A stretch of 64,000 nucleotides of DNA from Octopus bimaculoides. Lineage: Eukaryota. Positions 1 through 13,289 of the stretch are shown piece after piece (the stretch's first letter is position 1; every line of letters begins with the position of its first letter). A model generated the notes under the pieces. That model ran no database searches. It was not told the DNA's origin and worked only from the letters and a program-made list of their open reading frames with translations. The stretch lies in contig NC_068990.1 in NCBI RefSeq assembly GCF_001194135.2, positions 47,819,895 through 47,883,894 on the forward strand. The letters are read 5' to 3'. The position numbers and the translations under genes were made by a program.

Positions 1-300
1 GCTATGCCAAGGTTTCGCAGCTTGTGACATATCAAGCCATGATCAACTTTGTCAAAGGCTTTTGCAAAGTCGAGATATATCACATCAACATTTGAATGGT
101 CAAGTAGCTGCTTCAGGACCCAGTCATAATGCTGCAAGAGCTGCGTGAGGCAGCTTTTACCTGGACGGAAACCATGCTGGGTCTCATTCAGCAAGTCATT
201 TTCTTCTAGGAACGCAATCAATCTCCTTCTGACAATTCGTTCCATGACTTTGCTAATATGTGAAGTTAGAGAGATGGGCCTGTAGTTTCCAGCCTTTGGC
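1..300 (-). mobile_element. CR1-clade LINE reverse transcriptase fragment
   Basis: Minus strand reads NYRPISLTSHISKVMERIVRRRLIAFLEENDLLNETQHGFRPGKSCLTQLLQHYDWVLKQLLDHSNVDVIYLDFAKAFDKVDH, typical CR1/L2 RT domains 1-3; runs off the window start. Confidence 0.85.
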
Positions 301-427
301 AGGAATGGCAACAAATAGAATCTCCGGTGGCTGGATAACTGAAGAGATGGTTGGAGTGGAACCCCGCCTGGGCATCGGAAACTCGGAGTTTTATCATAGC
401 TATTGAATAAGTGTCACATATCTTTAC

Positions 428-469
<42 letters not shown>

Positions 470-471
<2 letters not shown>

Positions 472-640
472 GCACAATGGACTTCTTTCAGTTTCCACCT
501 ATCAAATCCACCCACAAGACTTTGGTTGACCCAATGCTATAATAGAAGATACTTGCCTAAGGTGCCATGCTGTGGGACTGAACCCAGAACCATGTGGTTG
601 AGAAGCAAACTTCTTACAGAATAGCTATCCCTGTGCCTCA
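470..640 (-). mobile_element. tRNA-derived SINE, family 1
   Basis: Reverse complement has a head with a B-box-like ggttctgggttcagtccc, then ...cttaggcaagtatcttctattatagc...gaaactgaaagaag next to (TA)n. The same sequence recurs at 14570, 23140 and 25830. Confidence 0.75.
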
Positions 641-1217
641 CTTAATAACATTAACAGAAGCATGATTCTATAGATATATATATAATACAGAACTCAAATT
701 GGTTGATATGACATGTACTCCCATGGTTTCTTTTAGTGTATTATATGATATTGTTCTCTAGTTATTAAAAAGTACTCAGCCACAGAAGATTAGGGAGGTG
801 AAATTGTCTAAAAAGAGGTATGTGAACAAATGCTTTACAATATCTAGTTAGTCACTATATATTTCTGAAATCAAATAATGTTAAAATAAACTTAACCATT
901 CATCCTTCCAGGGTCTATAAAATAAAATAGAAGTAGCAGTACTAATCAAATACTGTTTTGATATTTAATCACCATTGCCAAGATTTGAGGTCTTCTACAA
1001 ATGTTAGAAATCAATGATTATCAATTGTTATAGTATTTATTTATTTATTTATTTATGTGTTTCAGCCAAGTGGCTGCGGTCATGCTGGTGCACCATACAT
1101 GTTAGTAATGATTTTTGCACACTGGAAATAAGGAAAATATTTTTTAGTTTCCAAACAAATTTATAACTAAAACCATGACATAGAGATAATGTGGCAGTCA
1201 TTTTAAAACACTTTTTG

Positions 1218-1305
1218 TATGCCATATATTCTAGCATAAAAGTCAAATTTTCAGACCAAACTTTACAGCCAAAAGAGGTAGGTTGACTTATACACCAAGA
1301 CAACC
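1218..1305. mobile_element. Possible pogo/Tc2-like MITE terminal relic
   Basis: tatgccatatattctagcataaaagtc...ggttgacttatacacc resembles pogo-type termini (ccgtatatactcgagtataagtcg...gtcgacttatac); no second end found. Confidence 0.3.
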
Positions 1306-2272
1306 TAGGGGGATCAAAAGTTCCATGAGAAATGCAGCAGAATTTTAAAAGATAAAGATAATGTTTGAATGTGTACACTTTATATTATTGACTTGTAGGC
1401 TGGAAAATACAGCACTATTGACACTTTAGCATTTACATTATTCTGTCAAAAGTAATGCTTGTTCATTCACATGTTTTGAATTAATTTTGTATCTTTGAGC
1501 ATAAAACAGGTAGAATGTTTTGACTGGGTATTTCCTGTTTAAATACTAAAGGGCTGAATGTCAAAAAGTTGTGCTGTATATCTATGATCTGACTATGATG
1601 ATATGTCAATGAACCAATTGTAAATGTTTGACTAAACTTTTTGACACTTTACAGTATGCAATAATGTCAAGAAATATAGCAAAAGTGAATGTAATCGCAT
1701 ATGCATATTTTAAATGATTACTGTGACAAGGTTTAAGTAATGTCAAAATAAAAAAGTAATTTCAAAAGCAAATATTATTTACTCTGTATGTGTGTGCATG
1801 AGAGAGAGTTTGTGTTTGAGAGAGAGTTTGTGTGTGAGAGAGAGAGAGTTTGTGTGTGTATGTGTAAGTGCGTGTGAGTTTGTATGTGTAAGTTTTTTTG
1901 TGTGTGTGTAGATTTGTGTGTGAATTTTGTTTTGTGTGTGATATCTTCCAGAACAGTCGTTATTTTAATGAGATACATCTTGTAATCACCTGAAGAGACA
2001 CATCTACACCGACAGATACTCCTAAATCAGATGTTAAGTATCCTACCCATGAAGGATCGATGCTAGATAGGTTGAAACAATTGTAGTGATTAATAAACAT
2101 TCTCACATCTTCCATCTCTCTCATTATTCAAATATATATATATATATACATATATATANNNNNNNNNNNNNNNNNNNNNNNNNNNNNNNNNNNNNNNNNN
2201 NNNNNNNNNNNNNNNNNNNNNNNNNNNNATATATATTCACACAAACATGTATGTGAAAATCTAAAATCATAC

Positions 2273-2415
2273 CTGAAATCTGGAACATAAAGTATAAGCA
2301 CATTTAATAGTGTTTGCATACCACTTCCTATGTACAACAAACCTATAAGGCCTAGAACTAACTTCTGGTAGAAACCAAAACTTCCAATATTTTTGATAGT
2401 TGCTTCATAATCCAT
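2273..2415 (-). CDS. SLC22: SLC22-family organic cation transporter-like paralog A, first coding exon (gene continues left of window)
   Basis: ATG at 2415; MDYEATIKNIGSFGFYQKLVLGLIGLLYIGSGMQTLLNVLILYVPDF+AG, then GT donor (gtatga). 143 nt, same length and phase as the paralogous exon at 25429-25571. G-x-FG-x-YQ is the SLC22 N-terminal signature. Symbol is family level only. Confidence 0.85.
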
Positions 2416-2819
2416 TATCACAGAAAAGTTTGTGTTCTGAAATTTATAATGTTGGTACTAACAGCAATATTATCTTGTTGAAACAATATATGACATGGGG
2501 AGAAAGATTAATGAACACTAATAAATACAACTCTTAATCAGCTGATATCAGATTGAGGTCACGTTGTCAGCTATGAGTCACATTACTCTGATATCAACTA
2601 CAAGTCACATTAATCTGAGAACTGTAATCTAGAAATCTTCCACACTATGCCACTGCGACACTAATGTAGCTGCAATGTTATAACTAGTCCAAATATACTT
2701 GTGCCATGTTCGAATTCGTAAATAAGCCATTCACTGTGTTTTATCACGAAGAAAATTTTACAACGTAGACAAATGGTGTAAGTACATCTAAATCAGTTCG
2801 CAACACCATCTATCTAGAC

Positions 2820-5100
2820 TAGTGGTTCCCAAACTTTTTTTTACAAGAAGTCAAAATATTTTGGTGCAATTTGTACATAAATTCAAAAATTTATTCAAAA
2901 GGGATTCTATACATATTAGCATAAACTATAAAACAATATAATAAGTAAAAATACAGAAAAATTGCATGTACTTACTCTTTATTAAATATATGAAGCAAAG
3001 TTATCGATGAGAAACATGCACTTGATGTTTTTTGGAAACGTTTTCAATATTGGGACGTATTTGAGAATGACAAGCCCTCATTTCATCTTTGATGTAACAG
3101 AACCTCTCTCTTTTTTTTGTGGGGGGAGGATTTAATGTTATTGAGGGTTGAAAATCCCAACTCACATAAATACGATGTGGAAAACTGCATCAAAACGGAT
3201 AAAGCTTTTTTTGCTACTGACGGGTATTCTCCTATAATATCAATCCAAAATGTATCAATAGGTAACTTAGCATACTTGATTTTTAAGTCTGCGATCACTG
3301 GATGTAGATGCCAATTCCTCTTCTTCTCATATTTTCAGACGAATATTAGATGAAATTTTTATGAAGGGATTTCCCCAATCATACTCTTCTGTGTTCAGTG
3401 ACGGAAAATAAAAGATTATTTTTTTCCAGATTTTTCAAATGTTTAAATACAATAGGAGTAATTACAGCTTTTACAACTTTCGTTTTAAATGAAATCAGCT
3501 TCTCTGTTGAAGTGAGAATGTTTTCATCTCTACCTTGCATACTCGTGTTGACGCTATTAAGTTGTGAAAATATCTCTGTCAAATATTCCGGCTTGGAAAC
3601 CCCAAATTCACATTGCATATACTCCAAGCGGTCAGGTTGTTCTACTTTAAAAAATGCAATTCCTTCTAGAGTTCATTTATGCGACGTAGCACTTTGTCTC
3701 TTGAGAGCCATCTACTTTTGCGTGTAAAAGTAAGCGCTTGTGCTGGGAATCCAGATCATCACAAATTTGTTCAAATAAGTGACACTTCAATGGCCTACTT
3801 TTAATATAATTAACCATTTCAACAACTTGGTTTAATACTTGCTTTAGCTCAATTGGTATTGCTTTTGAAACTAGTACCTCTCTATGTAGGAAGCAATGAG
3901 TACGTATAACATTACGATTTTGCTGTTGCATGAGAAATACAAAACCTTTAATAGAGCCTATCATAGATGGTGTCCTATCAGTACATATTCCAATCATGAA
4001 TTCCAGGATAAATTCCATTTTTCGTGGTAGGCAGATAAAATATAAAAAATATCTTGACCTCTTGTAGTGAGTAGCATTTCTTTGTGGAGGACGTAAAGAA
4101 TGTGGACATCACCCACTTTCGTANNNNNNNNNNNNNNNNNNNNNNNNNNNNNNNNNNNNNNNNNNNNNNNNNNNNNNNNNNNNNNNNNNNNNNNNNNNNN
4201 NNNNNNNNNNNNNNNNNNNNNNNNNNNNNNNNNNNNNNNNNNNNNNNNNNNNNNNNNNNNNNNNNNNNNNNNNNNNNNNNNNNNNNNNNNNNNNNNNNNN
4301 NNNNNNNNNNNNNNNNNNNNNNNNNNNNNNNNNNNNNNNNNNNNNNNNNNNNNNNNNNNNNNNNNNNNNATGCGTTTTTTTTTTTGCAGAATCAGAATCT
4401 CTGTACTCGAAAATGGGAGATTCTGTAAAAAAAAATAATATAAATAACGAAAAGGAGTGCGGTTCACATTATTTACGTTCGCCTTTCTTTGCAACAAAAG
4501 AACAAAAGAACCATCAATATAGCTATTAAATGTAAGTAAACGTACTTTGTTGCTAATGTCAGTTGATTCATAAACCTGTAAGGGCAAATTCTGAGTTCTG
4601 AAATTTGTTCTGTACACTTTCCTCTATATCAGCAGATAAATCCATAATTATCATAAGGATTGTATTGTTTGAGAGCGGAATCTTGCCTTATTTCTTGCTC
4701 AGCTTCATCACCTAACATGGTTTTAACTATCTTTCGAGGGGCGGGTAAGATAATCGACTCGGTTAAATTATGTGATTTCATTTGTAGTGCAATCATTTCA
4801 GCTATCTCAACAGACGCGACTTGAGCCTTTTCAGAAGCATTCACCCTTTTTTCAAAATAGTTTCTTTGTTTAGATTGCTGTTCTAGCAGTCTTTGGAAAT
4901 GATTCAGATTTTTACATTGAAGATGTGAGTGTTTAGTTGTAAAATGTTTTCTCAACTTGCTAGGTAACGTATCTTCATTGGACATTTTTCGCCACAAACA
5001 ACACAAAGCGGAAGTGGTTGATCATTGTTGCCAGTCCAATGAAACCCAAACTTTAAATAGCTATTGCAATATTTACGATTGGGTAAGGTGGCGAGTTGGT
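2820..5100 (-). mobile_element. hAT transposon, Buster/Charlie (SCAND3/ZBED5-like) relic
   Basis: Fragments: BED-finger region (PSKLRKHFTTKH), ESTDIS, ICTD..PSMIG..KG, THCFLHRE, STSYLCELGFS. Terminus tagtggttcccaaac at 2820 is preceded by atcTAgac (nnnTAnnn Buster-type target). Left-end TIR not found. Confidence 0.85.
4086..4483. mobile_element. MITE nested in the hAT transposase; GG...CC termini, about 9-bp TSD (Mutator- or Merlin-like)
   Basis: TSD tttctttgt (4077-4085) / tttctttgc (4484-4492). Imperfect TIRs ggaggacgtaaagaatgtggacatcacccactttcgt versus ggcgaacgtaaataatgtgaaccgcactccttttcgt. Removing the insert restores FFCCKE-MLLTTRGQDIF. The middle is an N gap. Confidence 0.75.
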
Positions 5101-5269
5101 AGAAACATTTTATCTATGGTACAAAGTAAAGTTACTTCATCATTATAAACATCTTAATTTTATGTTACCTTTTCCATATAGGCATGGGTTGAATGGTTTT
5201 TCTGAGGCAGTGTTTTACATTTGGTTGTCATTCCTTTTAGTTATCGCATACAACATGCAAGGCCACAAT

Positions 5270-6045
5270 GTATTTATTCTAAAGCCAGGCGTACCATAAG
5301 GTTCAATATAGAGGGAATATCCCCCAGACGTCGACGTGGCCTGGATAGCAGCCGCTGTCTTGTTCGGAAACGAGGAAGAGATAGCGGTTCTCCAGGCCAC
5401 TAAGACGGAAACAAGAAACTGGAAAGGGCAATCCCTAAACATGGTGATACAAGGACCGAAGGAAATAATAGAAGAGGTGCCGGAAACAATAGCATTTGAC
5501 GGTGTAATAATTGTAGTTAGAGTAGAGGGCAGGATTCCCAGATGCTACAAGTGTGGCCAGAAAGGCCACGTTAGAGCAAACTGCCCTCTACAAGACAAAA
5601 AGAGAAAGGAAGAACCGGCAAGAGAAAAGGAAAAAATAACACCACCACCAGCAAAAACAGAAGAAAGCGGAACAGAAGGTGAATGGGTGACACCAAGCAA
5701 GAAAAGGAAAAGTAAAAGGGGGAAACCAGGTAAAATAAATACAGTCAGACTCAAGCCGTTCAACCTCCCCACCTCCCGAAAAAAGGAAAAGAAGTAACTT
5801 TGCTATTATGTTTACAATACTAATAAGGACCTGTGTGAAGAAATAAAAAAGTGGAAAAATATACGAGTGGTGGACACTCGCAAGTTCGACAATGTACAAG
5901 GGTGGCATTGCTGCCTGTTGTTGGACGAGGAGCAGAGGGAAAAAGTTACAAAATTCAAAGGAGGATTTAAAATGTGGAAAGTCGAGCTAGACATCAAAAA
6001 ATTACCATGGAACATAGAGTATACGCAACCTATTCTAATCTCCAT
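5270..6045 (+). mobile_element. Tx1-like ORF1 fragment (unit A1): CCHC knuckle, basic linker and C-terminal domain
   Basis: RVEGRIPRCYKCGQKGHVRANCP zinc knuckle, WVTPSKKRK linker, then KWKNIRVVDTRKFDNVQGWHCCLLLDEEQ; homologous to the ORF1s at 8.3-20.8 kb. Confidence 0.75.
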
Positions 6046-8015
6046 CTGACGTGCTACATCATTGACAGGGTAGTTAATGAACCTGGCGTGGGTGGGGCGC
6101 TGATCAATTTGGATCAATCGAAAGCTTTCGATAGGGTTGACCATCGCTACTTGGAGGCTGTTTTTAGAGCGGCTAGTTTTGGTCCCATCTTCCCTAGCTG
6201 GATTACTGCTTTATACAGCGGCATATGCTTGGTAGTTCGCGTAAGTGGTCATCTATCCAGACCATTTATCATTACGCGTTCGGTCCGTGAAGAATGCCCC
6301 CTCTTGTTGCTTCTGTATGCATTGACTCTAGAGCCACTACTGCGGAAGCTGATGATGCTGAGGGGCATCCTGCAAGAACTAGGATGCAGGAGGAGCGTGT
6401 CTGCATGCGCGCACGACGGTACTGTCATAATGTCGAGCCATAGGTATATTGACCTGGTCGGCGAAACACTAAAAGAATACAAAGCGGTAACGGGAGCGAA
6501 AATTAACTTGGAAAAGTCAATGGGCTTGTGACTTGGCACCTGGAGAGGCAGGCCCATGCCGTCCAACAGTGTCTCCATCATGGGACACTGGACCGACGAA
6601 CCGGTTAAATTGCTTGGGGTCTGGTTCGGATCGGACTTCCAAATGGAGAAGAACTGGGACGAGATAACGAGTAGGGTGGCCACTCTGGGCCGAGAGGAAG
6701 CTATTCCTAAAAGGTCGGGCAGAGGTGACGAACACGTACATCGTATCCGTCATCTAGTACCGTCTGACTATCGTGCCTTGTCCTGACCCTACCATCACCA
6801 AATTGGAACACATGCTCTTCTGCTTTCTGTGGATGGTTAGTCGATTCATTTGCTATTAACAGTCGATCCATTTGCTATCAACACGCGCTAAATGGAGGAC
6901 TGGGCATGCTGTGGTTGATGATGCGCAGACATGCGCTGAGACTACGACATCTCCAGTGCTTTATAGATGATGGTGAACAGGTGTGGTCACCGTTTGTGAG
7001 ACGTGCTTTATCACAGCTCGTCTCTTTGACCGAACTGCAGTCATGGATCAAACCAGAAGCTAGGCAAATGGCACCACAAGTGCTGCCTTGCTCTCAAGCA
7101 ACTCTGTTGTCTGGAGCCAAACTTGTGCGACTTCAATTCCATGAAGGCGTTCTATAGAGGATTAGTGGAGGGGAGGTGCGACGACATTGTTGGGGAGAAT
7201 CTGGGCGTCTACGGGGAACAACTGACCCACCTCCTCAGGACCACTTTCGGACCAGGACCTATGGACAATCACCAGAGATCCCTGGCCTGGTAGTGCTATC
7301 AGAAAGCATTGCCCGTTCAGGATAAGCTCTACAGGCACGGTTCAAGATACACCGGACCAACTTGCTCGAGATGCGGTCAGAGTGATGAAGCCATTGTGCA
7401 TGCACTCTTGCAGTGTACAGCCATTTCAGTGTGGAACGAATTCGGTTATCGGCTGAGTTTATCATGAAAATTGCCCCACCACCTTCCTTTAACCGGGAAG
7501 GCAAAGTAGTTTTTATTTTACTGATGGCCATGGTGAAAGATGGACTCGCGCAAAAGGTTTAGAGATAAACACTTTCCTCTCTGGCCAATTGCTCATCAAC
7601 TTTTTCCAGTACCACTTATAAAGGAAGTTGAGAACAGAGAGGTAAGTTTTGTCTCATAAAAGTTTCAACAAAAGGTGGGGGAATGTAGCAAAGATGGTAC
7701 GCATAAATGACGAAACCACTTTAAGCATGATCCTGTTAATCCTAAAGAGGGAGAGAGCGCTTTGCACTCATGTGCTACTTTCCCTGTCTGAGGTTAATGT
7801 GGTCTTTTCTGTAGGCTTTTCTTTCCATGGATAAACCTCTTTTACATTCTTACGCCTCTTTTTCTTTTGCTGTTTACATGTCACAAACGCTTTCAATCCC
7901 CTTTGACAGTTTTCTTATTGATATGTATTTTTTTTTCTTTCTTTGTCTAGAAAAGAAAAGTTCTACTTTGTATTGTCCCTTCACTGCTTGGTCCAGCGTG
8001 GCTAATAAAGAAAAA
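6040..8015 (+). mobile_element. Tx1/L1-clade LINE, 5'-truncated ORF2 (RT, C-terminal CCHC) plus 3'UTR (unit A2)
   Basis: ALINLDQSKAFDRVDHRYL, later CSRCGQSDEAIVHALLQC; 3'UTR ends gctaataaagaaaaa followed by (ATCT)n. Closely similar to 10700-12365. Confidence 0.85.
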
Positions 8016-8089
<74 letters not shown>

Positions 8090-8181
8090 CCTACCTACCT
8101 ACCTACCTACCTTCCTACCTACCTATCTACCTACTTACCTACCTACCTACTTGCCTGTCTGTCTGTCTGTCTGTCTGTCTG
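8016..8181. repeat. Compound microsatellite (ATCT)n-(ACCT)n-(GTCT)n
   Basis: Directly visible; joins the tail of Tx1 unit A2 to the head of unit B. Confidence 0.95.
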
Positions 8182-8401
8182 AATGTATTGTTGATATACC
8201 AGCTCCCCGTAAGTTTGATTTATTTGTATACAATATATATATCATTTTCGCTTAGAAAATGGCTAAATCTAACGAAGAAGCCAGCGTTTCTCTTATTGAA
8301 TTCCCTCCGCTAACAAAGATAGGGGAAGGTAAAAAGAACGTCATTTTGCTTGCTCANNNNNNNNNNNNNNNNNNNNNNNNNNNNNNNNNNNNNNNNNNNN
8401 N

Positions 8402-8447
<46 letters not shown>

Positions 8448-8556
8448 ACTGAATGATGCACGCACACACAAGAACGCCAGTCTGGCCGTAGAAAATATGA
8501 ACAAGGTAAAGACAACGACACTTACTACTGCAAACACCGCCTCCACCTCTGCTACC

Positions 8557-8588
<32 letters not shown>

Positions 8589-11500
8589 AATGACTTTGCT
8601 TCAGTTTTGACGCAAAGAAAACGAGTTGTTTCGTTTACGCCTCAACAATTAATGGAAACAAGACACCTTTTATCTAAGGAAGGTAACACAATAAACCTAA
8701 ATATAACGTATCACATTTTAGAAAACATTAACAAGGAAGCAATTATAAATAAGACAATCAATTTTAAAAATGAGAAAATCCGAAAATATGAATCAGCAAA
8801 TAATCGCAAAATGTTTAAGGCCCATATGGCCACATAAAAAATACATTATAAGGGGTAAAAGATTTGCCACAGTCGAAGTCAGGTTTGACTCAGAAGAGCA
8901 AACCAAAGTTTTTCTACAGAATCACATCAATCTGAAGAAATACTAATGATCTCTACATACTTGAGGCGTAGGGTCACAAGAATAAAAATCAAGGATGTGC
9001 CCCCTGAAATTGAAGCACAATGGCTGGTGTCAACCATCTGCTCCAATTTTGAAGATGTTACTAACATCTTGGAGATTGCTGTCCTAGATCAACAGAACTG
9101 GATAGGCCAGTCTTCCGAAATCTTGGTTCAAGCAGATCAGAATACAATCGAAAATATAGCAGATTTGATAAAACTGCCAGATGGTACTAAATTACATGTC
9201 ATTGTTGAAGGCAGAAAACCACGCTGTTACCTCTGTAGAAGCAAAAACCACTTAAAAGCTGGTTGCCCAATACACAAGAAGCAACAGCAACAAAATTAAC
9301 AACAACAACAATAACAAGAAAACGACAACAACAACAACAAGAAAGCAACAACAAAAAAACCACAACAGCAAGAAAATCAAACACCAAAGAAAAAACCAGC
9401 ACTGCTACCCACACCGCCATATGCACAGCTGATAAAACAGCTTTATCAAGAAATGAAAGAGCATCAGCAACCAGCAAGCCAGCCCAACCAAACGTCACCA
9501 CCATCAGTACCCCCAAGAACAGAAGCAACGCCATCACCACCACCAATAGACCCCAATACCCTTCCCCTCTCACTTTCTGATTCCTCTGGCATGTCGTCGG
9601 ATGAAGGCGACTCAGAGGAATGGCAAGTGGCCACAATGGTGAAGAGAAAAAGGGAAAAAAAAAAGAATATAGAAACAAACATACAAAGCAGGGAGGTTTA
9701 CCACTCCCGAAATCAAAACACCTGCAGAATACAAAAGCATTAACAAACACAGAAACACACAAGGAATCTACAGTGCTTAAAGCAATAAGCACAAACAATC
9801 CAAACATAATGTAATACTTTAGGTCAAACACCAGCATAACAGAAAACGATGTCAAAACAAACAATCACCTACACACAACACATAAAAATCATACATGACA
9901 CAAAACACACACAACACACTGAAATCTCTCTACCCGGATGCAGTAGGGAGATTTAAAAAATATCTATCAAAAAGAATTATACAAAAACCTTCTGAGAAGA
10001 TTGTGAGGTGAAGGACAACCAACATTCGAACAGTACGTGACTCTCTCTCATTTTTCCCCTTTTCCTTTCGTGTGTAAAGCACAACTTTCGATAGGAATAC
10101 GCTTAGAATAGGTTGTATAAATGTGCGTGGCTTGGGACCGCCTTGGAAACAAAGCTACCTGTTAAATGACATCAAATCACAGAATGTGCACATCATAGCC
10201 ATCAGTGAGAACAGAATCCACAACCTGACAATTTGACATTTATTTTTCTCAGTATCTGCCGAGAGTGAGTGCAGGTGATACTGCAGTACTTTTTCGGAAG
10301 AGTCTGGAACACAAAGTAAGAGCAATATTCTTATCACAGCCACAGACGTACGGGATGCGATAGCAGGCTGTGCGAGAGACAAGTCTCCAGGCTTGGATGG
10401 CCTGCCCTACAAGCTTTATTGTCATATGCCAGACTTGTTTGGAGACGTCTTGACAGCAGTCTACTGCAACTGACAGCAAAACAGGAGTATCCCCAGTTTT
10501 GTGAGCCAAGGAGTTGTGGAACTGCTAATGAAAGATCCAAACAAAGAGAACGTCATAGATAACTTCAGGCCCATCACTCCGCTCAATGCAGATTTGAAGA
10601 TCTTGATCAAGGCGCTAGCCGAGAGGTTGGCACTCGTCATCGAGATACTCATCGACAAGGCGCAAACATGCGCCATGCCGAACAGTAGTATCCATGACAA
10701 CTTCCATATGATGCGCTATATTATAGACAGGGTAGTTAAGGAACTTGACCAATTTGGATCAATTGAAAACTTTTAATGGGCTTGACCATCACTACTTGGA
10801 TGCTGTCCTTGGAGTGGCTGGTTTTGGTCCCGTCTTCCACGGTTGGATCACTGTCTTATACAGCAGCATCCGCTTGGTTTTTTTGTGTAAATGGCTATCT
10901 ATCCAGACTATTTAATATCATGCGTTCAGTCCATGAAGGATGCCTCCTCTCGTCGCTTCTGTACGTTTTGACTCCAGAGCCACTACTGCGGAAGCTGGTG
11001 ACGCTGAGGGGAATCCCGCAAGAACTAGGATGCAGGAGGAGCGTGTCTGCATGCTCAGATAACGTCACCATCATAATGTCGAGCCAGAGGCATAATGACC
11101 TAGTCGGCAAGATAGTAAAAGAATACAAAGCAGTAACAGGAGCAAAAATTAACCCCCAAAAAGTCAGTGGGCTTGTGGATCGGCACCTGGAGAAGCAAGT
11201 CCGTGTCGTCCAACAGCATTGTGGACACTGGCCCAACGGGCCGGTTAAATTTCTCAGCGTCTGGTTCGGACCAGACCTCTAAATGGAGAAGAACTGGGAT
11301 AAGATAACGAGTAAGGTGGCCACTCTGGGCCGAGAGGAAGCTATTCCTAAAAGGTCGGGCGGAGGTGGAGTCCGTGTATGTCGCATCTGTCATCTATTAC
11401 CATCTGACCATCTTTCCTTGTCCCGACCCTACCATCACCAAACTGGAATGCATACTCTTCCGCTTTTTATGGAAGGGAAGCGTTCCAATTGTTAGGCAAT

Positions 11501-12364
11501 TCACTTGCTGTCAACACGCGCTAAATGGAGGACTGGGCATGCCGTGGTTGATGATGTGCAGACATGTACTGAGACTGCGACATCTCCGGCACTTTTTAGA
11601 CGATGGTGAACAGGTGTGGTTGCAGTTTGTGAGACGCGCTTTCCCGCAGCTCATTTCATTGGCTGCACTGCAGTCATAGATCAAACAGAGACCGCCTTGC
11701 TGTCCGGGACCAAACTTTGCGACTTCAATTCCACGAAGGAGTTCTATAAAGGATTAGTGGAGGGGAGGTGTGACGATGTTCTTGGGGAGAAACTGGGCGT
11801 CGACATAGAACAACTGACCCGCCTCCTCGGGATCACTTTCGGGCCGGGACCTATGGCCAACTACCAAAGATCCCTGGCCTGCTATCAGGAAGCATTGCCC
11901 GTTTGAAATAAGCTCTACAGGCACGGTTAGAAATACACCAGACCGACTTGCCTAAGATGCGGTCAGAGCGATGAAACCGTTCTGCACGCACTCGTGCAGT
12001 GTCCAACCATTTCAGACCTGTGGGCTTATGTTGAACGGCTGCTGTGGGATGAATTCGGTTATCAGCCGAGTCTATCATGAAAATTGCCCCGCCACCTTCT
12101 TTTAACTGGGAAGGCAAGGCAGTTTTCATTGTACTGGTGGCCGTGGTGTAAGAATGTGTGTAGTGGACTCATGTGAAAGGTTTAGAGACAAACACTTTCC
12201 TCTCTGGCCAATCGCTCATCAACTTTTCCAAGTACCACTTGAACAGGAAGGTGAGAGTAGAGAGGAAAGCTTTGTCTCATGAAAGTTTCAATAAAAGGTG
12301 GGTGAATGTAACAAACATTGTACGCATGCATAACGAAACCACTTTGAGCATGATCCTGTAAATT

Positions 12365-12368
<4 letters not shown>
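8182..12368 (+). mobile_element. Tx1/L1-clade LINE unit B: ORF1 plus internally deleted ORF2
   Basis: ORF1 from ATG 8259 (EFPPL..., IVEGRKPRCYLCRSKNHLKAGCP). ORF2 APE start LRIGCINVRGLG...ISE near 10100 jumps at about 10332 to DKSPGLDGLP..NFRPITPLNAD (most of the endonuclease deleted). C-terminal CLRCGQSDET; ends in (GA)n. Confidence 0.85.
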
Positions 12369-12420
<52 letters not shown>

Positions 12421-12427
<7 letters not shown>

Positions 12428-13268
12428 TCGTTCACAGTGGTTAAAAAACGAAAAAGAAAAGAAAGAGTAAACTCTCCGCGGGAGAGGCAGACAAAGAAAA
12501 AAGAGGATAAGGAGGTTGAGAAGGAGGTTGAGAAGGAGGTTGCAAAGGAGCTTGAGAAGAAGATTGAGAAAGAGGTGACAATAGCAAGGGTACTGGCTAC
12601 ATTAGCGGTGGAGGAAGATTTGGGTGGTATATAGAGACAACAGCACGAAAGTAGTGACATTAACTAAAATGGAGGTAGATAAAGACAGAGGGAAGGCGCC
12701 AAGAGTGGAGCAAGGTAAAGGCAAACAGGTGAGAAAAACCGAAGAAACACAAGTGGAATTTGGTGACATACGCCAAGAACATGACGATAGAAAAAAGATA
12801 ACGAAGTTTAAATCCCTAAGGGTTAAGTTACCTACGGAGATTTACACGGAAAATGTGAAAGCAATTGTTATAAAGAGAGGTATAACAGGTTAAAGGAAAT
12901 GTTTGGAAGGGATATTGATCCACCGGGAGTTGAGGTGGAGTTTGACGAACTGCCGCCAGTGATGGAATATAGAGAATTAAAACCATACATGACGTTTTTT
13001 TAAAAAACAGAGTAAGTAAAATTTCTTTAAAAAAAACGATGCTAATAGAAAAAACAAAAGGAAAGAAGAAAAGATTATAAACTGTTTGTAGGAACGTTCA
13101 AACGGTACTGCATGAGAGTGGGGCTCATGCAACCATTCCATCTTCATTTATTATATAACATTTTTCTCATTTTCATTCGTTTTGTGTTTTTTGTCCCCAC
13201 TGTGGTGTTCTGTCTGTCTTTGTGCTGTCCCCTCTGTGTAAAAGCCTGAGTGCTTAAATAAAGAATTG
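12421..13268 (+). mobile_element. ORF1-only Tx1-like element, 3' half plus 3'UTR (unit C)
   Basis: FTVVKKRKRK linker, KFKSLRVKLPTEIYTENVKAIVI domain, 3'UTR with catgagagtggggctcatg and terminal gtgcttaaataaagaattg; no ORF2 between ORF1 and the tail. Confidence 0.75.
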
Positions 13269-13289
13269 GTACAGTATGGTGTTTTTCTG

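Noticed and set aside
470-640. tRNA genes at SINE heads (all SINE copies)
   Set aside because: A/B-box-like motifs only, no complete cloverleaf; each continues into a shared SINE body.
640-2270. Second coding exon of SLC22 paralog A
   Set aside because: No minus-strand AG..GT segment resembling the loop exon was found; candidate acceptors lead to immediate stops.
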